Shown one piece after another: positions 45,744 to 53,577 of a DNA stretch of 64,000 bases (positions are counted from its first letter, which is position 1; each line of letters begins with the position of its first letter). Position numbers and translations under genes: made by a program. Under the pieces are notes generated by a model. The model was not told where the DNA came from. It saw only the letters and a program-made list of their open reading frames with translations, and did no database searches. Origin of the DNA: Gammaproteobacteria bacterium (GTDB lineage: Bacteria; Pseudomonadota; Gammaproteobacteria; Ga0077554; Ga007554); contig JAKFXX010000007.1 of the NCBI GenBank assembly GCA_021731145.1, positions 72,108 to 136,107 of the forward strand. The letters are read 5' to 3'.

Positions 45744-45827
45744 AAGTAACAATAATCAAAAATGAAGAGGCATGGTATGGCGTTCCACCGGTTTTCTGAC
45801 TTACTGCTCGTTTCCTGCTGCTGAAAA

Positions 45828-47279
45828 ATGCAACTCTCCGCCATACAACGCATACTCGGTCTTCTGTTGATGCTGTTCAGTATCACCATGCTGCCGCCGG
45901 TAGCGGTGTCCTTTTGGTACGACGACCACACCGCACAATCCTTTCTTCTGGGCTTTGTGTTGACGCTGTTGGCAGGTTTTCTGTGTTGGCTGCCGGTGCG
46001 CGCGTATCGCAAGGAGTTACGCCTGCGCGACGGCTTTCTGATCGTGGTGATTTTCTGGACCGCGTTGAGTATGGTCAGCGCTCTGCCGTTCATGCTCGCC
46101 GAGCATCCGCACATGTCGTTCACAGACTCGGTTTTTGAGTCGGTGTCGGGCTTCACCACCACCGGCGCAACGGTGATGGTCGGCCTCGATCACATGCCGC
46201 AATCCATCCTCTACTACCGGCAGCAACTGCAATTCCTCGGTGGCATGGGAATCGTGGTTCTGGCGGTGGCCATTTTCCCCATGCTCGGCATCGGCGGTAT
46301 GCAGCTCTATCGTGCCGAGACGCCGGGGCCGATGAAAGACAACAAACTTACCCCCCGCATTACCGAAACAGCGCGGGCCTTGTGGTACATCTACCTGGGT
46401 TTGACGGTGGCCTGCGCGCTGGCCTACTGGCTGGCCGGGATGAGCCTGTTCGACGCCATCGGTCACAGCTTTTCCACCATCTCCACCGGCGGTTTTTCCA
46501 CGCATGACGCCAGCCTTGGTCACTTCAACAGCGCACTCATCGACGCTATTGCTACCGTGTTCATGCTGCTTGGCGGGTTCAGCTTCGCGGTGCATTTCAT
46601 GGCATGGCGGGAGAGGGACATCCGCCACTATTGGCGCGACGCGGAGGCGCTCGCCTTCATCGGTATCGTCGCCGCGATAATAGCGATTGTCGTCGTGGTG
46701 CTGATGGTCACGCAAAAGTATCCGGACTTTTGGAGCGCATTGCGCTATGGCTCTCTCCAGGTAGTCACCATGATTACCAGTACCGGTTTCCTGACGGCGG
46801 ACTTCGCATCCTGGCCGCTGTTCCTGCCCGCATTGCTGATTGCCATCGGCTTCATCGGCGGCTGCGCCGGTTCAACTGCAGGCGGCATGAAAGTAGTGCG
46901 TATCCTGCTACTCTACAAGCAGGGCACCCGCGAGATCATGCGCCTGATCCATCCCAGCGCCATTATTCCCGTCAAAATCGGCGAGCGTTCGCTGCCGGAC
47001 CGTATCGTTGAAGCCGTGTGGGGATTCTCCGTCCTTTACATCACCAGCTTTGTTGTTCTGTCGCTGGCTTTGATGGGCACCGGGTTGGACATAGTCACCG
47101 CCTTCTCCGGCGTCGCCACCTGCCTCAACCTCGGTGGCCCTGGCCTCGGTGCAGTGACGATGAATTTTACCATCGTCAATGATGTTGGCATCTGGATACT
47201 GAGCTTCGCCATGCTCCTGGGGCGCCTTGAGGTGTTCACGCTACTGGTGCTGCTGACCCCGGCGTTTTGGCGGAAGTAA
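45828..47279 (+). CDS. trkH: TrkH-family potassium transporter
   Basis: Polytopic membrane protein with SGFTTTGATV, STGGFSTHD, TSTGFLTAD and GCAGSTAGGMKV selectivity-filter-like repeats. Confidence 0.95.
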   Translation: MQLSAIQRILGLLLMLFSITMLPPVAVSFWYDDHTAQSFLLGFVLTLLAGFLCWLPVRAYRKELRLRDGFLIVVIFWTALSMVSALPFMLAEHPHMSFTDSVFESVSGFTTTGATVMVGLDHMPQSILYYRQQLQFLGGMGIVVLAVAIFPMLGIGGMQLYRAETPGPMKDNKLTPRITETARALWYIYLGLTVACALAYWLAGMSLFDAIGHSFSTISTGGFSTHDASLGHFNSALIDAIATVFMLLGGFSFAVHFMAWRERDIRHYWRDAEALAFIGIVAAIIAIVVVVLMVTQKYPDFWSALRYGSLQVVTMITSTGFLTADFASWPLFLPALLIAIGFIGGCAGSTAGGMKVVRILLLYKQGTREIMRLIHPSAIIPVKIGERSLPDRIVEAVWGFSVLYITSFVVLSLALMGTGLDIVTAFSGVATCLNLGGPGLGAVTMNFTIVNDVGIWILSFAMLLGRLEVFTLLVLLTPAFWRK

Positions 47280-47450
47280 TGGCGTTGGTGAGTTGGGATT
47301 TGCTCTGATGTGAATTATCCCGAGTACTTTCGGGAGTGGAAGATGAATATTCTTGCAGGTTAATGCACAAGATATGGTGTTTTTGGCTGGCGTAGCCAAG
47401 CGAGTGCATCTTGCTGAATATTAATGCGTTTTCTAGTGTCAACCATTTTT

Positions 47451-47467
47451 AATGATATTATATCATT
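47451..47467. promoter_or_regulatory. 17-bp perfect AT-rich palindrome upstream of the nrdJ promoter
   Basis: aatgatat-t-atatcatt, read directly from the sequence. Function unknown. Confidence 0.3.
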
Positions 47468-47514
47468 GTTTTTTATACATTAAAAAATATAACCCCATGC
47501 ATGCCCCATGCCTG

Positions 47515-47543
47515 TTGACACAGGCTGGGGTGGGCGTTAATCT
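47515..47543 (+). promoter_or_regulatory. Sigma70-type promoter of nrdJ
   Basis: TTGACA (47515-47520), 17-bp spacer, TAATCT (47538-47543). Confidence 0.5.
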
Positions 47544-47554
47544 TCCCATCACAG

Positions 47555-47568
47555 CACAATATATTGTG
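47555..47568. promoter_or_regulatory. NrdR box
   Basis: Perfect palindrome cacaatatattgtg matches the NrdR operator core (acaCwAtATaTwGtgt). It lies just downstream of the -10 and about 100 bp upstream of the nrdJ ATG. Confidence 0.7.
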
Positions 47569-47668
47569 TTTGTCCGAATTCAACCAAACAAGCCATAGTC
47601 AAACAACCCCATGCGCAATGTGGTTGCCGTGACGTGCGAAAAACAAACGACAAAGGGAGCATGCGTCC

Positions 47669-49822
47669 ATGAAGGTTACCCATCTCAAGGCTGTCTCGAA
47701 TGCCGATACCATCATCGAGCTTCAGCCCGCATCTTTTGACATCTGGGATAAAAAGTACCGCCTGAAGAAGAAAGACGGCACCGTCATCGACGAAACCCTC
47801 GATCACACCTACCGGCGCGTCGCCCGTGCCGTGGCCGATGTGGAAGATACCGAAGAGAAGCGCGCCGAGTGGTATGACAAGTTTCTGTGGGCGCTGCGCC
47901 GTGGCGCGATTCCTGCCGGCCGTATCGTTTCCAACGCCGGTGCCCAGGCCTACAAGCCCGCAACCTCCACGATCAACTGCACGGTGTCCGGCACCATTCA
48001 AGACTCCATGGACAACATCCTGGGGAAGGTGCACGAGGCGGGTCTTACCCTGAAGGCTGGTTGCGGTATTGGTTATGAATTTTCCACCCTGCGCCCCAGG
48101 GGCGCGTTCGTCGCCGGTGCTGGTGCGTACACCTCCGGTCCGCTGTCGTTCATGGATATCTACGACAAGATGTGTTTCACCGTCTCCTCCGCTGGTGGTC
48201 GTCGCGGCGCGCAGATGGCGACTTTTGACGTAAGCCACCCGGACGTGCTCGATTTCATCCGCGCCAAGCGCGAAAACGGACGCCTGCGTCAGTTCAATCT
48301 GTCGCTGCTGGTGACGCGGGAATACATGGAGGCCGTCAAGAATGACACGGACTGGCCGCTGGTGTTCCCGCTCGACGCCAAGGAAGTCGAGAGCGACGGC
48401 ATCGACGTCAACGACCCCAAGCAGGTAGTTTGGCGCGAATGGCCCACCAAGGATAAATACCTGTCCAACGACCAGGGCCTGGTCGCATGCAAGATCTATC
48501 GCACCATCCGCGCGCGCCGCTTGTGGGACGCGATCATGACCTCCACCTATGACTTCGCCGAGCCGGGCTTCATCCTGATCGACAACGTCAACGAGATGAA
48601 CAATAACTGGTTCTGCGAAAGCATCCGCGCTACCAATCCCTGTGGTGAGCAGCCACTTCCCCCCTACGGCGCCTGTCTGCTGGGCTCGATCAACCTGACC
48701 AATTTCGTGCGCAATGCGTTCACGTCCAAGGCCAGCTTTGATTGGGACGAATACCGTCGCGCCGTGGCGATCTTCACCCGTATGCTGGATAACGTGGTGG
48801 AGATCAGCGGCCTGCCCCTGGAGCAGCAGCGCGAAGAGATCAAGAGCAAGCGCCGTCACGGCATGGGTTATCTGGGCTTGGGCTCCGCCATAACCATGCA
48901 GTGCATGCGTTACGGCTCGAAAGAGTCGCTGGAATTCACCGAACAGGTCACCCGCGAAATGGCGCTGGTGGGCTGGCAGGTGGGCGCCGAACTGGCCCAG
49001 GAAAAAGGCGCGGCCCCGGTGTTGAATCAGGAGTTCACGGTAACGGGCGAGATGCTGCGCAAGCGGCCGGAAATGGCGAAAGACGGCTTCAAGATAGGCG
49101 ATAAGGTGCCGGGCAAGGTGCTGCTGGCCAAATACAGCCACTACATGCAGCGCATAGCCGGGATTGCCCCCGAACTGGTGGACGCCATCGCCGAACACGG
49201 CGCGCGCTTCACCCATCACAGCTCCATCGCCCCCACCGGAACCATCTCGTTGTCGTTGGCCAATAACGCCAGTAACGGTATCGAGCCCAGCTTCGCGCAC
49301 CACTATGCGCGTAACGTGATCCGTGAAGGCAAGAAGTCCAAAGAGAAGGTCGACGTTTATTCCTATGAACTGCTGGCCTACCGCTCCTTGATCAACGACA
49401 AGGCCATGCCTTACTCCGACAAGGAAGACGAGCAACTGCCGGAGTATTTTATCACCGCCGATGACGTTACGCCGAAAGAACATGTAGACGTGCAGGCCGC
49501 CGCGCAGAAATGGATCGACTCGTCCATCTCCAAAACCGCCAACGTGCCGACGGATTATCCCTACGACGATTTCAAGGGCATCTACCTCTACGCCTACGAG
49601 CAAGGCCTGAAGGGTTGCACCACCTTCCGTTTCAATCCCGAAGCGTTCCAGGGCGTGCTGGTGAAAGAGAGTGATCTGGAGAGCACCACCTACCGCTTCA
49701 CCCTGGAAGACGGCACCGTGCTGGAGGTCAAGGGTAACGAGGAGATTGAATACGACGGAGAAATCCACACCGCCGCCAACCTGTTCGATGCCCTGAAAGA
49801 AGGCTACTACGGCAAGTTCTAA
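47669..49822 (+). CDS. nrdJ: Class II (adenosylcobalamin-dependent) ribonucleotide reductase, large N-terminal part (NrdJa)
   Basis: NCTVSG, ATNPCGEQPLPPYGACLLGSINL, SIAPTGTISL, SISKTANVP. Confidence 0.93.
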   Translation: MKVTHLKAVSNADTIIELQPASFDIWDKKYRLKKKDGTVIDETLDHTYRRVARAVADVEDTEEKRAEWYDKFLWALRRGAIPAGRIVSNAGAQAYKPATSTINCTVSGTIQDSMDNILGKVHEAGLTLKAGCGIGYEFSTLRPRGAFVAGAGAYTSGPLSFMDIYDKMCFTVSSAGGRRGAQMATFDVSHPDVLDFIRAKRENGRLRQFNLSLLVTREYMEAVKNDTDWPLVFPLDAKEVESDGIDVNDPKQVVWREWPTKDKYLSNDQGLVACKIYRTIRARRLWDAIMTSTYDFAEPGFILIDNVNEMNNNWFCESIRATNPCGEQPLPPYGACLLGSINLTNFVRNAFTSKASFDWDEYRRAVAIFTRMLDNVVEISGLPLEQQREEIKSKRRHGMGYLGLGSAITMQCMRYGSKESLEFTEQVTREMALVGWQVGAELAQEKGAAPVLNQEFTVTGEMLRKRPEMAKDGFKIGDKVPGKVLLAKYSHYMQRIAGIAPELVDAIAEHGARFTHHSSIAPTGTISLSLANNASNGIEPSFAHHYARNVIREGKKSKEKVDVYSYELLAYRSLINDKAMPYSDKEDEQLPEYFITADDVTPKEHVDVQAAAQKWIDSSISKTANVPTDYPYDDFKGIYLYAYEQGLKGCTTFRFNPEAFQGVLVKESDLESTTYRFTLEDGTVLEVKGNEEIEYDGEIHTAANLFDALKEGYYGKF

Positions 49823-49879
49823 ACTATATTACGGGACGGGTGCAGCCCGCTGGGGTATCCCCGTCACTGGAGAAACAAC

Positions 49880-50572
49880 ATGGCTATCAAGATAGAAAAG
49901 AAGATTGTGAAGTACAGCGTGGTCAAGGATGAGGAGAAGGCTGCTGCCGCCCCTGCCGAGGAATCCACCGTTGCCAAGGTAGTGCAGATGCACGAAAAGC
50001 TTGAGCGGCCCGAGGTGCTGATCGGCTCCACCTACAAGATCAAAACCCCGCTCACCGAGCATGCCCTGTATGTCACCGTCAATGATGTCGTGCTCAACCC
50101 CGGCACCGACGACGAGTTGCGCCGCCCCTTCGAAGTCTTCATTAACTCGAAGAACATGGACCACTTCCAGTGGATCGTCGCCCTCACCCGCATCATCTCC
50201 GCCGTGTTCCGCAAGGGTGGTGATGTCACCTTCCTGGTGGAAGAGCTGCGTTCCGTGTTCGACCCGCGCGGCGGCTACTTCAAGAAGGGTGGCAAATACA
50301 TGCCTTCACTGGTCGCCGAGATCGGTGACGTGATCGAGCGCCATATGCGCATGATAGGCCTGCTGAAAGACGACACCCTCGACGAGCACCAGAAAAAACT
50401 GATCAACGAAAAACGCGCCGAGTTCGAATCCATGCTGCACAGGGCCGAAGATAGCGAAAGCGGCAGCTTCCCCACCGGCGCCCAGCTCTGTGCCAAATGC
50501 AACACCAAGGCCATGATCAAAATGGATAATTGCATGACTTGCTTGAATTGTGGCGATTCAAAGTGTGGCTAA
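49880..50572 (+). CDS. Class II ribonucleotide reductase C-terminal part (NrdJb)
   Basis: Follows nrdJa after 57 bp. Contains GSTYKIKTP...LYVTVND...PFEVFINSKN and the C-terminal Cys cluster CAKCNTKAMIKMDNCMTCLNCGDSKCG. The same split is known in Pseudomonas aeruginosa. Confidence 0.8.
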   Translation: MAIKIEKKIVKYSVVKDEEKAAAAPAEESTVAKVVQMHEKLERPEVLIGSTYKIKTPLTEHALYVTVNDVVLNPGTDDELRRPFEVFINSKNMDHFQWIVALTRIISAVFRKGGDVTFLVEELRSVFDPRGGYFKKGGKYMPSLVAEIGDVIERHMRMIGLLKDDTLDEHQKKLINEKRAEFESMLHRAEDSESGSFPTGAQLCAKCNTKAMIKMDNCMTCLNCGDSKCG

Positions 50573-50777
50573 AGGGCGTGTGACGCCTTCCCCGCCGGGT
50601 AGAGGGGAAGCGCGAACGCAGTGAGAAGTAGGGTTCTGGCGCAGTGATGATTTAACGTTGGACTTGACTGGAAGTGCGTAGCGCCGTCCAGGCGGACGAA
50701 TCGCTTGCTTTGCATGGCGAGTTCCAAGCCCATCACCGGCAATCATCAACCCACCACACTGGAATCCTCAAGTCCAA

Positions 50778-50877
50778 TGTAGGGTGGACACGCTTTTTGT
50801 GTCCACCAGGCGTTGCGCAGCAACACAATGCCCAATTCCATTCGGCGCAATGCGCTGTCGCTTATTGGCGCCCTACA
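50778..50877. repeat. Composite REP element (tgtagggtggacac...ccaccaggcgttgcgcagcaacacaat...ggcgccctaca)
   Basis: Internal hairpin ggtggacacgctttttgtgtccacc. Shares the ccaccaRgcgttgcgYagcaacacaat core with 56191-56246. Confidence 0.65.
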
Positions 50878-51117
50878 TAGTGCGCGTTACCGCGTTGATG
50901 GGTATCAGACAGGAAGCAGTCGTAGAATTTGAATCAAAGCTATCGGCTTATCAGGCAGCAGTCTGCCACGATCTTCTAGTCGCGCCGCACCTTTGGTTTT
51001 TCCAATAGCGGTCGCTCTGGCAGAAAAATCATAGATTGATCTTGCGCGTGCCAAGTCAGTTATTCATCCTTCGGTTTATCATAACGCCAAATAGAGATTT
51101 CGTTAGAAAGCGCTATA

Positions 51118-51494
51118 TGAAAATAATATCACTGCAATTGTCTAACATTCTGAGCTTCAGATACTTCGACAACGTTGGAAATGCCGAGAGCATCAGTTTT
51201 GATGATGATCTCAATATCATTATCGGGGAAAACGGATCAGGTAAATCAACGGCTCTGGAGGTCGTAAACTTCCTGTTCAGGCGCGTACTCTATAAACAGT
51301 ACAACCTCAATCAAGACCTATACACTCAGCGGAACAGTATCAACACTGATCAGCGCAAACAAATTCTCCTACCTGAGCATGTCGGCTGGCGGGTTTCATC
51401 AGAACATGCAAACCAGCAGTGGCAGGTAAGGCATCGCATATCGAGAAAAAAGCAATGTCAGAGCATGTGCGCGTGTCATGGGGCGGCTATTTAA
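51118..51494 (+). pseudogene. Truncated N-terminal fragment of an SMC/OLD/ABC-like P-loop ATPase
   Basis: MKIISLQLSNILSFRYF...LNIIIGENGSGKSTALEVVNF (Walker A). Recognisable sequence stops after about 90 aa near 51380. The rest of the ORF is unrelated read-through and collides with a convergent gene. Confidence 0.55.
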
Positions 51495-52503
51495 CAGCTA
51501 AAGCACGAACTATCATTTGCTGTACTTCTGTTGTGGCGTGAAGTGGGTTCAATTCAACCTCTGGGTGCGATGAAGCGAACACCCTAAAAATTTCGTCAGC
51601 AAAAGCTTGGCCGATTTCTTCCACTCCAGTGAAATCCAGAACTACAGTCTTGAATTTCTCAAAGCGAGATACCAGACGCTTTGCCTGTGAGCGTGAAACA
51701 AGCTTCTCACCTTCATGGCGAGCCAATCGAACCGGAACAATAGTTTTGCTGAAAGTAAATTCGTCTGGTTCAGAAAACTGTGCGTAGACCGAATTAAGCG
51801 TACGCTGGCTATCGTTATCCAGCTTCAATAACACGCGCGTCCCCGGAATATCCCTGTCGCCATCTATTAGCCAGTCACCCTGCTCTGCCATGTGCGAGAA
51901 ATTAAGCGTACGCGACATAATTACGAATGAATCAAAAGCCCGAGAGGTAAAAAATATACCCTCACCAGAATGGTTGGCTGGATCTGTTGTGAACTTTCCT
52001 TTTGCCAGTTCCAGGATCGCCTCTCTAGCATCGTAAAGTTTTGCTAGCCGTTGAATACGATAAAAAATGCCTTCCCCGTCATCGTTAATCCAAATCTCTA
52101 CATCGAGCGCGGTGCGTTCGAAGTGAACCGTAAGCATAGTCCCTTCGGAATGATCTATGGCATTATTGATCATCTCCGTGACGCCGTAATGCCACATATT
52201 GCGCACATTTTCTGGCAGGTCGGCCAGGAGTGGCGCCAGCTTTTCAAGCCAAACTATATCCTCCCTCAAGCCAGCCAAGGGGAATTCCCAAGATTTCTCA
52301 ATTAATGGGATAAGCCATGAAGCCTTTATGTTTCCTTTGCCAGAAGAACTAATCAACTTTTCGCTCTCAAGAGCGTGAAGATGACGGCTTGCGGCTTGCT
52401 TTGAAATGCCAAAATGCCGTGCTGTTTCAGAAGCAACATTGCGCGCCTTGTTTCGGCACATTTTCAGCATGAATTGTCTAATTTCGGATGTTTTCGTTCT
52501 CAT
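51487..52503 (-). CDS. wHTH + GHKL (SpoIIAB-like) ATPase + STAS-like DUF4325 fusion protein
   Basis: N-terminal HTH ARHFGISKQAASRHLHALESEKLI. N-box EMINNAIDHSEG. G-box-like HSGEGIFF. C-terminus VVLDFTGVEEIGQAFADEIFRVF is typical of DUF4325. Confidence 0.7.
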   Translation of the reverse strand: MRTKTSEIRQFMLKMCRNKARNVASETARHFGISKQAASRHLHALESEKLISSSGKGNIKASWLIPLIEKSWEFPLAGLREDIVWLEKLAPLLADLPENVRNMWHYGVTEMINNAIDHSEGTMLTVHFERTALDVEIWINDDGEGIFYRIQRLAKLYDAREAILELAKGKFTTDPANHSGEGIFFTSRAFDSFVIMSRTLNFSHMAEQGDWLIDGDRDIPGTRVLLKLDNDSQRTLNSVYAQFSEPDEFTFSKTIVPVRLARHEGEKLVSRSQAKRLVSRFEKFKTVVLDFTGVEEIGQAFADEIFRVFASSHPEVELNPLHATTEVQQMIVRALAVK

Positions 52504-52563
52504 GGCTCGTCAACAAGATATGTATCCTCCGGCAAAGCCGGGAGGCTCCGCAAATGAACACTA

Positions 52564-52616
52564 TCGACAACAATTTTACACTATATCGACAACATTAGAA
52601 GAATTTTTCGACAACA
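52564..52616. promoter_or_regulatory. Three direct repeats of tcgacaaca at exact 22-bp spacing
   Basis: Copies at 52564-52572, 52586-52594 and 52608-52616, lying 60-115 bp upstream of the minus-strand start at 52503. Confidence 0.5.
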
Positions 52617-52717
52617 TTTGAAGTCCCGTAGAAATTTGGCGTCAAACCGCCCAATCTCTTGGTAAAGCTGTTCTCTGAAATAAAGCTGGATCTTCTATTG
52701 TGAGAATGTAACGCCAG

Positions 52718-53485
52718 TCATGATTTTCCGCCAAAATAACCCAACCGTGCGGAGAGCCGCTTTCCGGCGGTAATCGTCACTGCTATCCATTCGTCGCTGC
52801 GCCGCGCGATGGGTGCGGAGACCGATAGGCCTGCGACCATTTTGCCGCTGGCGTCCAGCACCGGAACGCCGATACAGCCGACGCCGGTTTCGGCTTCTTC
52901 GTTATCCAGCGCGTAGCCTTGTTCCAATGAGTGTTTTGCTTCATTCCATAGCTGCTCGGGCTGGGTGAGGGTGGTGGGGGTGTAGGCGGGCAGGCGGGTG
53001 CGCCGGGCATAGGCAAGGCAGTCTGTTTTTCCGTCAAATGCAAGAAACAGCTTGCCCACCGCCGTGACGTGCAGCGGGGCATGGCCGCCGATGACTTGTT
53101 CGACCCGGATCATCTTGTGGCTGGAGACCCGTTCCACGTAGACCACCTCATCGCCGTCGCGCACGGTGAGGTTCACTGTTTCACCCAGTTCGCTGCGCAG
53201 CCATTCCATAATCGGTAATGCCTCGCGTTTGAGATCCACCCGCTGCTCCACCCGGCTGGCAAGGCCGAGCAATTTGATGCCCAACCGGTAATGGCCGGCC
53301 TCGGTGCGCTCCACCAGTCCATGCTCGCCTAATGCCGCCAGTATGCGGTGCGCTGTGGAGGGGTGCAGACCGGTCTCGGCGGAGAGAATCTTCAGACTGA
53401 CGGGGCCGTGGCCTTGGGCGATGGCGTCCAGTAGCTGGGCCATGCGGTCTATGACTTGAATGGAGCTGGTAGTTTTTTCTTTCAT
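52718..53485 (-). CDS. IclR-family transcriptional regulator
   Basis: N-terminal wHTH IQVIDRMAQLLDAIA...LKILSAETGLHPSTAHRILAAL. C-terminal IclR effector domain. Size 255 aa. Confidence 0.92.
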   Translation of the reverse strand: MKEKTTSSIQVIDRMAQLLDAIAQGHGPVSLKILSAETGLHPSTAHRILAALGEHGLVERTEAGHYRLGIKLLGLASRVEQRVDLKREALPIMEWLRSELGETVNLTVRDGDEVVYVERVSSHKMIRVEQVIGGHAPLHVTAVGKLFLAFDGKTDCLAYARRTRLPAYTPTTLTQPEQLWNEAKHSLEQGYALDNEEAETGVGCIGVPVLDASGKMVAGLSVSAPIARRSDEWIAVTITAGKRLSARLGYFGGKS

Positions 53486-53507
53486 TTCACATTATGAAAA
53501 CTATTAC

Positions 53508-53550
53508 ATATTGCGAAATAATATACAGAAGGATAATATCTTTGCAATAT
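53508..53550. promoter_or_regulatory. Imperfect inverted repeat in the divergent IclR/transketolase-like promoter region (candidate IclR operator)
   Basis: atattgc (53508-53514) and gcaatat (53544-53550), with partially symmetric AT-rich flanks. Confidence 0.3.
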
Positions 53551-53577
53551 TCTTTTGTATAACTTAGGAGCGTCGCC

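Noticed and set aside
47280-47668. Cobalamin riboswitch upstream of the B12-dependent nrdJ
   Set aside because: I could not find a B12-box-like conserved core or the multi-stem architecture. The leader from the predicted start is only about 110 nt, and regulation is better explained by the NrdR box. A covariance-model scan would be decisive.
47549-49768. 739-aa uninterrupted antisense ORF covering nearly all of nrdJ
   Set aside because: The translation is low-complexity (Gly/Val/His/Asp/Arg-rich) with no recognisable motifs. It is the mirror frame of a strongly supported, GC3-rich gene, which makes it a typical shadow ORF.
51036-51117. Upstream extension of the ATPase-fragment ORF (start at 51036)
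   Set aside because: The extension has no homology-like features. MKIISLQLSNILSF at 51118 is the characteristic N-terminus of this ATPase class.
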